Shown here piece by piece: positions 9,839 to 19,088 of a stretch of 64,000 bases of DNA (within the stretch, counting starts at the first letter, position 1; every line of letters starts with the position of its first letter). The position numbers were made by a program, and so were the translations under genes. The notes below the pieces were generated by a model. It was not told the origin of the DNA, made no database searches, and saw nothing but the letters and a program-made list of their open reading frames with translations. The DNA is from an uncultured Planctomycetota bacterium (GTDB taxonomy: Bacteria > Planctomycetota > PLA2 > JAEUHO01): the NCBI GenBank assembly GCA_963752285.1, contig CAVVXN010000005.1, positions 896,001 to 960,000 of the forward strand. The letters are read 5' to 3'.

Positions 9839-11240
9839 GGCGGAGCAACATTTCTTCTGTAAATCCGAATTGACGTGATCAGTCCTCGTGCCTCGGCAGG
9901 TACCTTCGTCCGGTCTCCCACTCCTCGCTGATCTCCATGAGCACCGCGCTCACGAGCCGGAGGAGGGATGCTTCGTTGGGGAAGAGCCGCGCCACTCGGG
10001 TGCGCCTCTTGATCTGCTGGTTCAGGTTCTCGACGCCGTTCGTCGTGCGCAGGCGCTTTCGCTGCGCCTCGGTGAGGCCGAGATCGAAGACGGTGAAGCC
10101 GTCCGGCACGCTCTCCTCGGCCCACGTTGCGAGGCGGGGGGCCGTGTCGCGCCAGGTGGCCACTGCGGCCGCGAGCTTCTCCGTCGCCTCGCGGCGCGTA
10201 CTGGCGTTGAACACGCCGCGCAGCAGGGCGGCGGCCTTGGCGCGGTCGGCGACATGGGGCACGTAGGCCTGGGCGTTCTGCTGCAGGTGGAACTGGCAGC
10301 GCTGCCAGGCCACGCCGGCGAAGCGCGCCGCGAGAGCCGCGCGAAGGCCCTCGTGGTCGTCGCTGGTGATCAGCTGGACCCCGTGCAGGCCGCGGGCCTG
10401 CAGCGACTCGAGGAACGTCCGCCAGTGAACCTCGGCTTCCGAGAGGCTCACGCTCACGCCCAGGATCTGCCGGTGCCCGTCCTGGGCCACACCGACCGCG
10501 ATCAGGACCGCGCAGTCCCGCACCGAACCGCTGTGGCGCACCTTCTCGTAGCGGGCGTCGAGGACCAGGTAGTCGAAGCGGTCCAGGGGGCGACAGCGCC
10601 ACGTCTCCAGCTCGGCGTCGATCTCCGCCGCCGCCCGCGACACCGCCGTCGAGCTGATCTCGAGCGTCCCGCACAGCTCCTGGGTGATGGAGGCCACGCG
10701 GCGGGTGGACACGCCCTGGACGTACATCTCGGCGACCGCCAGGCGCAGCGCCCGCTCCGAGCGCTGGCCGCGTTCGAGGCACTGCGGGTAGAACGGCTCG
10801 CCGTCCGGGACGCCGCGGACCTGGGGGACGTCCAGCGTGATTTTCCCCACCCGGGTGGCCACGGTCTTGGGCTTGAACCCGTTCGCGTGGCCGCGCCGGG
10901 ACGTGGACCGCTCGTACGGGGCGGCCCCCATGAAGGCGGCACGCTCGATCTTCATGACCTCGTTGAGCAGCACGCGGATCGCCTCGCCCATGCCGCTGAA
11001 GCCCTCTTCAGCGACCACTTCCAGAATCCGATCAATGGACGTAGCCTGCGGGTGGTGGGTCACGCCGGTTCCTCCTGCTTGGTTGGCACCTGCAGTTGGA
11101 TCGGCGCTGATCCGCCACCTCTTTCCCCCCGGCGCGCTCGCGCCGGGGCCCTCTCGCTTCCGCTCGCTACGCTCGCTGCAGCGAGAGGGCCCCGGCTCTT
11201 CCGGTCGGGGAGTCTTTTACAGAACGAACGTTACACCCCC
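9839..11240 (-). mobile_element. Complete IS256-family element
   Basis: Imperfect terminal IRs GGGGGTGTAACGTTCGTTCTGTAAA / GGCGGAGCAACATTTCTTCTGTAAA; 8-bp direct repeat attcgcgc at 9831-9838 and 11241-11248. Confidence 0.92.
9879..11063 (-). CDS. IS256 family transposase
   Basis: [72 protein letters not shown]. Confidence 0.95.
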   Translation of the reverse strand: MTHHPQATSIDRILEVVAEEGFSGMGEAIRVLLNEVMKIERAAFMGAAPYERSTSRRGHANGFKPKTVATRVGKITLDVPQVRGVPDGEPFYPQCLERGQRSERALRLAVAEMYVQGVSTRRVASITQELCGTLEISSTAVSRAAAEIDAELETWRCRPLDRFDYLVLDARYEKVRHSGSVRDCAVLIAVGVAQDGHRQILGVSVSLSEAEVHWRTFLESLQARGLHGVQLITSDDHEGLRAALAARFAGVAWQRCQFHLQQNAQAYVPHVADRAKAAALLRGVFNASTRREATEKLAAAVATWRDTAPRLATWAEESVPDGFTVFDLGLTEAQRKRLRTTNGVENLNQQIKRRTRVARLFPNEASLLRLVSAVLMEISEEWETGRRYLPRHED

Positions 11241-11600
11241 ATTCGCGCTGGCTCCGGTGGATGTCACCGTGAAGCTCGTTGATCCGTTTGGGAACGTGGA
11301 AATCACCTTGTCCTTCCCTCGGACGTGCGCCACGGCGGCCCCGGTCACGGTCGCGCCAGGCGCTGCGGCCTGATGCTGACTTGACGTCGACTGCGAGATC
11401 GAGTCGTACATGATCTGCGCATTTGCACTCGGGCAGTCGCGACCGACTTCGGGCACCGAGATGGCGGCCGTGTACACCCCGCGGCTCGTCTCAGGGATCG
11501 GCGTAGCGTTGGCTTCGCTGACCAGAATCACGATCAGCAGAGCGGCTCCGAACCGCAACAGGCGAAGCACCTCGTAGGCCCGATGCATACGATTCTCACC

Positions 11601-12133
11601 TGGAGGCGGCCGGCCAAATCCGACCACGACATACTACCCCGCACCCGGCCCCCCTCGAGCCGCCTCACCTTCCCCGTGGCCAGCACCACCCGCGTCGCGT
11701 AGCGCGCCAGCCGCTCGGCCCGCTCCCGTTCGCCGGCCGCCACCCGGTGCGTCGCGTCCACCGAGAACCCCGACCTCGACCAGGCGAGGAACCGCGCCCG
11801 CGTCTCTCCTCCCGCCAGGGGTCCAGCCGGCAGGGCCGCCGAACCGTCGGGCGCCGGACCGGGATCTCCTCCCGTACAAGCGCCCGCCGCACGGTCTTCA
11901 CGTTCAACCCGAACTTCCGGGCCAGCTCCTTCTTCGGGACTCCCTCCACGAAATGCTGGTGACGGATCTCGGCCCACTGCGACATTCTGATCACCTCCGG
12001 GGTCCTTCCGGTTGGGGTTCGCGACGGCTGTGTCCAACCGGCTCGATACCCCTCCGGGAGGACCCCTCTCTCGCCCCCCGCGGGGGTCCCTTTTCAGGGG
12101 GCCGCGGGGTCCCTTTTCAGAATGCCGCCTCCA
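11601..12133 (-). mobile_element. Internally deleted IS21-like element: istA N-terminus joined to an IS91-like fragment
   Basis: 10-bp inverted ends TGGAGGCGGC (11601-11610; 12124-12133); tandem gggtcccttttcag subterminal repeats; istA-like HTH MIRMSQWAEIRHQHFVEGVPKKELARKFGLNVKTVRRAL; IS91-like SGFSVDA...ERLARY at ~11640-11800. Confidence 0.65.
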
Positions 12134-12263
12134 ATCAGGCCCCAGCGGCTGCCTTGGGGGCGCGCACTGACGCCTACGGGTCCAATCGCACGTACAGTAG
12201 CGTGGACGCTGTATCTTGGCGCCCATCATTCCTACCGTCGCACCCATCGCAGGTGGAGAACGC

Positions 12264-12761
12264 ATGAAGCTGACGAGCACAATTCCCATCGGTCTCTCGG
12301 TCCTGATGCTCGGGCTCGCACTGGCGGAGCTCGCACAGGCTGGGTGGTACCCCCTTCCGAATCCGAACACGCCCCCGAAACAGATCACCGCGGGAACGGA
12401 TCCGGATGCGCTCAACGGGCGGTTCAAGTTCAAGCAGGACAAGACCACAGCGACGACGAACTTCAGAGCACGCTGCAACCCGTGCCCGATTTGCGATTAC
12501 AATCCCTACGTTGCCGCAGAGATCACGGCCGTAGCCAAAGACTCCGGCGGCGTCGTCATCACGACCGCAACGCAGACTTCCGCCGAGTGCCTGTGCCCCC
12601 TGTCGGTTACCCCGGTGGATATTGAGAATGCGGGAGGCGCCACACAACTTGTTGTGTCGGCGAAGGTGAAGTGTGGATGCTGCGGCGAGATGGGACTGCC
12701 TGAGGACGCCGTCGACCTTACCGACATCGACCCAATCACTCTCCCCACTCTCACCTTGTAG
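12264..12761 (+). CDS. Small secreted Cys-rich protein (8 Cys)
   Basis: ggag RBS; signal peptide ending AQA; CNPCPIC, CLC, CGCC. Confidence 0.8.
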   Translation: MKLTSTIPIGLSVLMLGLALAELAQAGWYPLPNPNTPPKQITAGTDPDALNGRFKFKQDKTTATTNFRARCNPCPICDYNPYVAAEITAVAKDSGGVVITTATQTSAECLCPLSVTPVDIENAGGATQLVVSAKVKCGCCGEMGLPEDAVDLTDIDPITLPTLTL

Positions 12762-12786
12762 TCCAGATGAGGGTCGCGACCGCTTT

Positions 12787-12831
12787 GCCTTGGGGGGGTG
12801 ACACGGCACGGGCACAGCACCCCCGCCAGGC
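12787..12831 (+). promoter_or_regulatory. Imperfect intergenic stem-loop between the small secreted gene and the large anchored gene
   Basis: gccttgggggggtg ... cacccccgccaggc; no U tract. Confidence 0.35.
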
Positions 12832-12906
12832 GCCTAGGGCTTATACGTGAGCCATCGCCGATTCCATTGGCTTGATCGATCGGACCCGCCGAAACAAGAG
12901 GGGGCG

Positions 12907-14985
12907 ATGCACGCAACGAGCAAGAAGCTACTGGCCTTTGTGGTCATCAGCCTCATCCTACTCGTGCTTGGACTCCTGCCCCTGGTGGTCGAGGCCCCCG
13001 GCCCCGGCGGTCCCTCTTTGCACGGGGCGACGAGCGAGGGTGGGAACGAGCCTCCACGCCTCCGGGGCCAGCCAGCCGATATCCATGTCGGCGCAGAGGA
13101 GCACGCTGAGAACCCAGCTGCTGGCGGGCTCCAATCATGTCGCATCCAAGCGGTAGCTCCCGACGGCACCGCGGTACCTGGGGCCTCCGTAGATGTCCTG
13201 CCCGCAGGATCTCCGGATGCCGCTCGCCACTGCACCACCTCGTCGGATGGCACCTGCAGCGTCGCGTGTAGAGAGGGGCTATATCGTGTTGCCGTAAGAC
13301 ACCTGGGATACGCAGGCTGTAACGTGCCGTGGCGGTGTCCCAGCGAACTCACTGTCCAACTTGCTCGCGGAGTTCGCGTGCTTGTCAGTACCGAGGGCTG
13401 GCCTGACGAACTCGTCGCATGTGCAGCTTTCAGCTTCCGTGATGCTGCTGGACAGGTAAGTGCCGCCTCAATGGGATCTGACAGAGCTTCGCTGCTTGAC
13501 GTGGGGCTTGCGAACCCGGGACTCGGCCAGTTGCGCCTTGACCAGCCCGTTCGGTCAGCGTGGGATTTCGTAATCCCGGAGGTTGGACCAGTCACCCTAG
13601 ATCCGCCCGTGCCTGCTCTCGGCACGGTTCGGGTGGTCGTGGACCCGCGAGACCGCTCCCTACCGGGGCCGTGGCGCCTGAGGCTGCTTCCGCTTGAGTG
13701 GGTATCTCGAGTCGGCGGCGCCGGTACCCAGTCAGATCCGAACTTTCATGTACTGAAGGACATCGCCGTACGCGACACATCTACGATCTCAGGCCTGATC
13801 TCCGGCTCCTATCTACTGCGGCTGGATGGACCAGAGGCCGCGCCGTCGTTCTCTGTCGTTGATGTCCCTGCTGATGCTGGGGGTCCGCAGACCACTATGA
13901 CTGTGCAGATGCGACCGGCGCGTGGGGTGGCGCTACACTGGGTGGGAATCTCCGAGCTCACTTCCTGCCGCGTTTGGTTTGTCGGATCCGACAATCTCAC
14001 GCACGAGATACCCGGGGCACACGTCGATTTGTCTCGCTTCGCGTGGTCGGCGATCCGAGCGGACCGGCACCCCATCCTGGAGCTCGATGCAACGGCCAAC
14101 GGGCGTAGCGAGGTCGCTGCGGCGGCCCCGCCCGATGCGCGAGTCCGGCTCGAGGGGCGGGACGACAGCTTCACGTATGTTTCCAACGTAACTGTTTCCA
14201 GCTACACCGGTAACCCTATTCAACCGTCGCGCTGGGAAACAGTAGGTTTGACGATTCACCGCGGTGACGGACAACCGTTGGGGCAAGGCAACATCAGGAT
14301 ATCGGCAGAACTTCCGGACATGCGGGTTGTGACGGTCGCGGCCAGGCCAATCAGCGGGTCCCCTTTCCTGAGCATCGAGGACCTCAGACCGGACCGGGAG
14401 TACCAGGTTGAGCTCGACACCGCCGCTGGCACCTGGGCGGGAGCGGTGGCTACGAGGGGACCCGCAGAATACAGGGTTGACCTCTCCCGGACGGTGCCGC
14501 GGGGGACCACCAGTCATGTGTACGTCGAGGACGAGAGAAACGTTGGGATTGAGGGTGTTAGCGTTGGTGTACTGACTGGTCCCACCCGTGGCCAGTGGAC
14601 TGCGACAGACTCCAGTGGAGTAGCTACGATCCTGGTGAACCCGGGGCCGGCAGTGTTGATTACTGCGTGGGCTGTCGGTCGCGTATCAAAGGAGGCCTGG
14701 GTCACGTCGGGTGGGAAGGCCACCGTGGCTCTTGTTCCAAGTACGCTGCAGAGAGTGAGTCTGAGCGCGGAGGACGCCGGCTCACGTGGCGAACTCGTTG
14801 TTTCTGATGGTGCGGTGGAACTGCGCCGGATTCAGATCGCGAGGTGGTTTGGGGGTCGTCTGGACCTCACGGGTCTGCCGGGAAAGGAACTGACGTTTTC
14901 CTTTCGCCCTTCGGAGTCTGCCGGGACATTGACTGGTACGTCACAGCTATCGGCACCAGGCACATACGAAGTGCACCTGCGGTAG
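12907..14985 (+). CDS. Membrane-anchored protein with carboxypeptidase-regulatory-like beta-sandwich repeats
   Basis: N-terminal TM (LLAFVVISLILLVLGLLPLVV); DGTAVPGASVDV..TTSSDG, GIEGVSV..ATDSSGVA repeats. Confidence 0.8.
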   Translation: MHATSKKLLAFVVISLILLVLGLLPLVVEAPGPGGPSLHGATSEGGNEPPRLRGQPADIHVGAEEHAENPAAGGLQSCRIQAVAPDGTAVPGASVDVLPAGSPDAARHCTTSSDGTCSVACREGLYRVAVRHLGYAGCNVPWRCPSELTVQLARGVRVLVSTEGWPDELVACAAFSFRDAAGQVSAASMGSDRASLLDVGLANPGLGQLRLDQPVRSAWDFVIPEVGPVTLDPPVPALGTVRVVVDPRDRSLPGPWRLRLLPLEWVSRVGGAGTQSDPNFHVLKDIAVRDTSTISGLISGSYLLRLDGPEAAPSFSVVDVPADAGGPQTTMTVQMRPARGVALHWVGISELTSCRVWFVGSDNLTHEIPGAHVDLSRFAWSAIRADRHPILELDATANGRSEVAAAAPPDARVRLEGRDDSFTYVSNVTVSSYTGNPIQPSRWETVGLTIHRGDGQPLGQGNIRISAELPDMRVVTVAARPISGSPFLSIEDLRPDREYQVELDTAAGTWAGAVATRGPAEYRVDLSRTVPRGTTSHVYVEDERNVGIEGVSVGVLTGPTRGQWTATDSSGVATILVNPGPAVLITAWAVGRVSKEAWVTSGGKATVALVPSTLQRVSLSAEDAGSRGELVVSDGAVELRRIQIARWFGGRLDLTGLPGKELTFSFRPSESAGTLTGTSQLSAPGTYEVHLR

Positions 14986-14994
14986 GAGCGAGAG

Positions 14995-15447
14995 ATGTCG
15001 GGGCACGCTGCGCAGGTTCTCAGGGGGTCCCTCGGCCTGATCCTAATCGGGGCCGCCGTCCTGAAGTTGCAGAGCGTCGCCAACCCCGAAGTCTTGCAGA
15101 CCTTTGCCGCGGAGGTTCCGCGTGGCGAGCCTTGGCTGATGCGAACGGTGTACGTGATCGAAGGCATACTCGGCGTTGCCCTGGTCTGTGGTGTGATGCC
15201 TCGGACGGCAGCGCTTGCTGGGTTGCTCGCCACGGCAGTGGCATCGTACGAGTACTACGTCAGGTCAGGAGGTGCGAGCGGAGGTGTCGCGAAGCGTTGT
15301 GGGTGCTTCGGGAGCACAGGTACGCACGCGTCGTCGGGAGTCGTTCCGCTCTGGGTCCATTTCGCTCTGTACGGGGCTGGATTCACGCTCGTGGTGCTAT
15401 CTGGTCGAAGGACAAGGGTGGTCGCGCGTGATGGGCCCATTGGGTGA
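14995..15447 (+). CDS. MauE/DoxX family membrane protein
   Basis: Several hydrophobic segments, AAVLKL, IEGILGVAL, CGCFG motif. Confidence 0.8.
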   Translation: MSGHAAQVLRGSLGLILIGAAVLKLQSVANPEVLQTFAAEVPRGEPWLMRTVYVIEGILGVALVCGVMPRTAALAGLLATAVASYEYYVRSGGASGGVAKRCGCFGSTGTHASSGVVPLWVHFALYGAGFTLVVLSGRRTRVVARDGPIG

Positions 15448-16374
15448 ATCACGTGCTTCATACGATTCCCCAACGCCCTGTGGGACTACGCATAGGACAT
15501 TGAATCCTCGTCGTGGGCGGCGTCGCGTGGTCGCGCAAGGGTTGTGTCGACCGCTTCGCACCTCCTCGCGCTCGGGATCTGCGCCGTACGTATGAACCGC
15601 GGTCTGGGAAGTCATCACTTTCCGCGGTGTTGTGGTGCTCAGTCTCCTTCCTCCCCCGCTCATTGAACGGACCGTCTCCTTCGGCCGTCTCCTTCTCCGG
15701 CGCGAGCTGAAGGCGCCGGGGATGCTCGAGGCGCCCGGTCTCCTTCGCGGTCTCCTTCCGGCGCGCCGGAGGAGGCCCGCTAATGGCCGCCCGCGCCTGT
15801 CCCCTGCCGGTGGCAACCTGTGCGCCGTGAACAGCGTTCGCTCCATGACCCCGGCTCACCCCGCCCTGGGGGAAGGCTGGCAGTCCGCCATGGACCGCTC
15901 GCGCCCGCCTGCTAGTGGCCAGCGCGCGCCCGCCCGCGACCTGCGGGAACCGGCCGCCATGGAACTCCACGCACGGGCGCACGAGGCACGGGCGTCGCCG
16001 ATGCGCGACGCCGCGGTCGCGCTGGACGTGTCGCCCCCCCGCCACGCGGCGGTGCGCCTCAACATCGGGGGGTAGCTCTCGAGTCCCCCTCAGCCACCCG
16101 CGCAGCAGCTCGGAAGGCCCTCGGTCCGGCTCTGCTACCAGGAGGATGCGGCCTCCAGCCTGATGCCGCTGAAGCAGCCGAGGCTGTGCAGGGGGGGAGT
16201 TCCGCTCGCCACTCGACCGTGCGCACCACCAGACCGCGGAAGGCGATGACATTTCACACCGCCGCTCGCACCGTACGGGCCCATGCCCGGATTCTCGGCA
16301 CTCTGGGTCCCTCTCGCAAGGCCCGGGGCGGCCAACGGGGACGTACCGCTCCCGCCCGCCTCCACACGACGGGG

Positions 16375-16800
16375 GACCTGGAGATCCACCACACCGACCC
16401 GGGTCTTGACCTTCTTGGGCTTGTAGCCATTGGCATGGCCCCGTCGTTCCGAGCTGCGCTCGTGGGGGGAGGCGCCGAGGAAGGCGCTCCGCTCGAGCTT
16501 CATCGCCTCGTTCATGAGCACAGCGATTGCCTCGGCCATGCCGTCGAATCCCTCTTCAGCCAGCGTGCTGAACACCCGATCGATCGGCGTACGATCTCCG
16601 CGGTCGGTCACGTCGAGCTCCTCTGCTTGGTGTGGTTACCTGCAGTTGAGTCGGCGCTGACCGGCCGCTACTTGTCCCCCGGGGCGGGCGCCGGGGGGCG
16701 GGCGCCTCCTTGCTTCCGCTCGCTACGCTCGCTTTAGCAAGAAGGCGCCCGCCCCCCGTCCATCCTCGAAGGTGAGTTACAGAAAGAACGGTACACCCTC
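16375..16800 (-). pseudogene. IS256 left end plus truncated transposase N-terminus
   Basis: IR GAGGGTGTACCGTTCTTTCTGTAAC ending at 16800; MTDRGDRTPIDRVFSTLAEEGFDGMAEAI...GHANGYKPKKVKTRVG is a paralog of 9879-11063. Confidence 0.85.
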
Positions 16801-16818
16801 TGCATTGACGGTGAGGTA

Positions 16819-16860
16819 TGCTGCTGGGTGCGAGGGGATCGCCCCTCGCACCCAGCAGCA
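16819..16860 (+). promoter_or_regulatory. Perfect 19-bp hairpin directly before the RBS of 16871
   Basis: tgctgctgggtgcgagggg-atcg-cccctcgcacccagcagca then ggagatcaccATG. Confidence 0.6.
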
Positions 16861-16870
16861 GGAGATCACC

Positions 16871-18502
16871 ATGCATATGCGCTGGCATTGGACCCTGCTT
16901 GTCGTTGTGGTCGCGATGGTTGGCGTCGGCCTCTGGCTCCTTCTCAGCGCGCCCCACCACGGGGCTACCGACCGCGACTCATCCCGCGACCGTTGGCCGC
17001 AGCGTCCGCCGTCCCTGGGCTCTCCAGGCCTCCTCCCCCACCGAGCCCCGACCCCTGCCAGGGCCCCCGGCGAAGGGGACGAATCGGCGACCCCCGCGGC
17101 CCAGCCCGATGTGAGAACAGGCTCGGCTCGCACGATCTCATTCCGCGTGATCGACGCGGGAAGTGGTAGCGTGGTCAAGTCCGCGCATGTCGACCTTGCG
17201 GGGGTTTGGCCGACTCCATGGAGACTGGTCAGTCCGTCAGTCGAGCATGCAGTCACATACGTGGTACCGATGGAGGTTACGCTCAAGTCGGACGCGTACG
17301 TGTCGTGGTTCGCGCCGGGTTACCTTGGTGGGCGACGTGCGCTCGCCGAGCTGCTTGCTGAGACATCCTCCCCGACGATCGTGAGTCTCCCGGCAACGGC
17401 TGCCGATAGGGACGTGATCCGCATCCGGTTCGTAGCGTCGGACTCCAAGGCACCGCTGGATGCAGTTGGGCTCTACTCGCTCTCGGCCTTTCGCGCGCAC
17501 ACGCCTCTCGCGCTCTCCGCCCGGGATGGTGTACTTGAGGCCCCACTCTCCCAGCTTGGAGGCAGCGGTCGCAGGTACGCTTTCCTCGACGGCTACCTCC
17601 CGCGTGAAGTCTCCATCGGTCCTCATGCACAGGACTTGGGGACGCAGTTGCTTCTAAAGGACACCCTCCTGGGGAGCCTCTCCATAGAGCTCGTTCCGAA
17701 TCCTCGCTTCGGAAACAAATGGGGAGGTCGCATCGTGGTGCGGTATGTCGCCCCCGAGCAGAACGTGGACGCTGCATCCCACAAACAGAGTATGGATCTG
17801 ACGACCGCAGAGAAGCTTGCAGCGGCGATATATTCCAACGCTGGGCCGGAGTGGCGAACGACGGCGTGTTCGTGGAGTCGAACGATGCTCCTCCCCGGTC
17901 ATTACTACATCATGGCCAGCCACCCGTCACTCGGCTGGGCGGGGGCCGACCTTGAACTCCTGGGAACAAACGAAACGTTGGCGCTTCAATTGAAGCCTGG
18001 ATCAACGGTTCGCTTTGATAGACCCATGCAAGACGGAGAGTACTGCCAACTCCAACCCTTGGACCCCGGCAGACTTGACTACGCCTGTCGGCATGGAGAC
18101 CGAATCGAGAACGTACCACCCGGCAGGTATGATGTGACTGTTACTTCTACGAGGGGCAGTCTGGCACGTGGCGAAGCCATTGACGTTCGCGAGGGCGAGT
18201 TGCTCGTCGACGCCCGGGTGCCATACGAGACGGGCCAATGCAGTATCACGGGTCGGATCATGCTCCGCTCGAGCCGTGGAGACACACCACTCTCTGGAGC
18301 GAACGTGCAGGTTGTTGGAGCGACTTCGTGGACTTCGACGGACGCGGGGGGCCGGTTTGAAATTCCTGATCTTGCGCCGGGTGATTATGTTCTGCGTATC
18401 AAAGGATACACGCCACTCAGTATCTCTGGCTGGCGTGTGTCCATCCCCGCCCCCATGACGGCGGCGGAGCGGCAAGATGCCGGAGACTTGGTAGTCAGGT
18501 AA
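16871..18502 (+). CDS. Membrane-anchored protein with carboxypeptidase-regulatory-like domains
   Basis: TM WTLLVVVVAMVGVGLWLLL; ITGRI..PLSGANV..TSTDAGGRFEIPDLAPGDYVLRI. Confidence 0.82.
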   Translation: MHMRWHWTLLVVVVAMVGVGLWLLLSAPHHGATDRDSSRDRWPQRPPSLGSPGLLPHRAPTPARAPGEGDESATPAAQPDVRTGSARTISFRVIDAGSGSVVKSAHVDLAGVWPTPWRLVSPSVEHAVTYVVPMEVTLKSDAYVSWFAPGYLGGRRALAELLAETSSPTIVSLPATAADRDVIRIRFVASDSKAPLDAVGLYSLSAFRAHTPLALSARDGVLEAPLSQLGGSGRRYAFLDGYLPREVSIGPHAQDLGTQLLLKDTLLGSLSIELVPNPRFGNKWGGRIVVRYVAPEQNVDAASHKQSMDLTTAEKLAAAIYSNAGPEWRTTACSWSRTMLLPGHYYIMASHPSLGWAGADLELLGTNETLALQLKPGSTVRFDRPMQDGEYCQLQPLDPGRLDYACRHGDRIENVPPGRYDVTVTSTRGSLARGEAIDVREGELLVDARVPYETGQCSITGRIMLRSSRGDTPLSGANVQVVGATSWTSTDAGGRFEIPDLAPGDYVLRIKGYTPLSISGWRVSIPAPMTAAERQDAGDLVVR

Positions 18503-18539
18503 GCCGCCACGTCTGCCGGGAGTGCCCTGACTTTCGTGA

Positions 18540-18632
18540 AGGATCGGTCGCTGGTGGTCCTGACTGTTCTGGCGGCTGTGGACCCTGCTGGTGATCAACA
18601 CGCTCCTCCGCTTGTAGCGCTGGACGACGGAG
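18540..18632 (-). pseudogene. Possible degenerate IS21 istB fragment
   Basis: QRYKRRSVLITS resembles the istB motif (RYERRSxxITSN). Confidence 0.35.
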
Positions 18633-18638
18633 GTGACC

Positions 18639-18775
18639 TGGGATAGCCCCGGTTTGGTGGAGGTTCGAGCGCTGGGGTAGGAGATACCCCCGATGCCCAA
18701 GACCCGTCCCCTCTACCCCCCTGAGTTTCGCCGCCGGCTCCTGGACCTCGTCCGGGCCGGTCGCACTGCCGAGCG
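18639..18775 (+). pseudogene. IS3-family left end plus orfA N-terminal remnant
   Basis: tgggatagccccggtttggtggagg IR-like sequence; MPKTRPLYPPEFRRRLLDLVRAGRT. Confidence 0.7.
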
Positions 18776-19088
18776 ATCACCTCGCACTCGAGCGTCGAGA
18801 AGAACCAGAACCCTTCCTGGGGCTGTGACAGTCGATCCGAGTGGTTCCGATAGCGCAGTCGCGCGGGCCGGCGAGACGACTGGATGTCACACCTGGCACC
18901 GTGGCAACCCAGTATCCTCCCCTCCCGTCTACGCGCTGCGTTTGGTCGGCTTTCCCCTTCGTCCCGTCAGCGGATTCAACTACCGTGACCTTGAGCGGCG
19001 AGTGGTCCGCGGGCACCGGATACCGGGTAAGAGGAGGAGATCCCCGGCGCTGCATCGAAGCTCTTCAGTCTCATGAAAGGAGCCTCAG

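Larger units (their letters stand above)
9660..11588 (-). pseudogene. Secreted ~172-aa protein gene split by IS256 (parts 11588-11241 and 9830-9660)
   Basis: Removing the IS and one TSD copy joins ...TSTGASAN|PAILCMVAQR... in frame; signal peptide ends SEANA. Confidence 0.8.

Noticed and set aside
11146..11192. Strong hairpin gggccctctcgct...agcgagagggccc, also near 28567-28612, as an ncRNA or attC site
   Set aside because: It lies inside the IS256 leader in each copy, so it is explained as IS sequence.
15600..16340. Possible IS5-like or other gene remnants (IERTVSFGRLLLRRE)
   Set aside because: Too degenerate to assign without a search.
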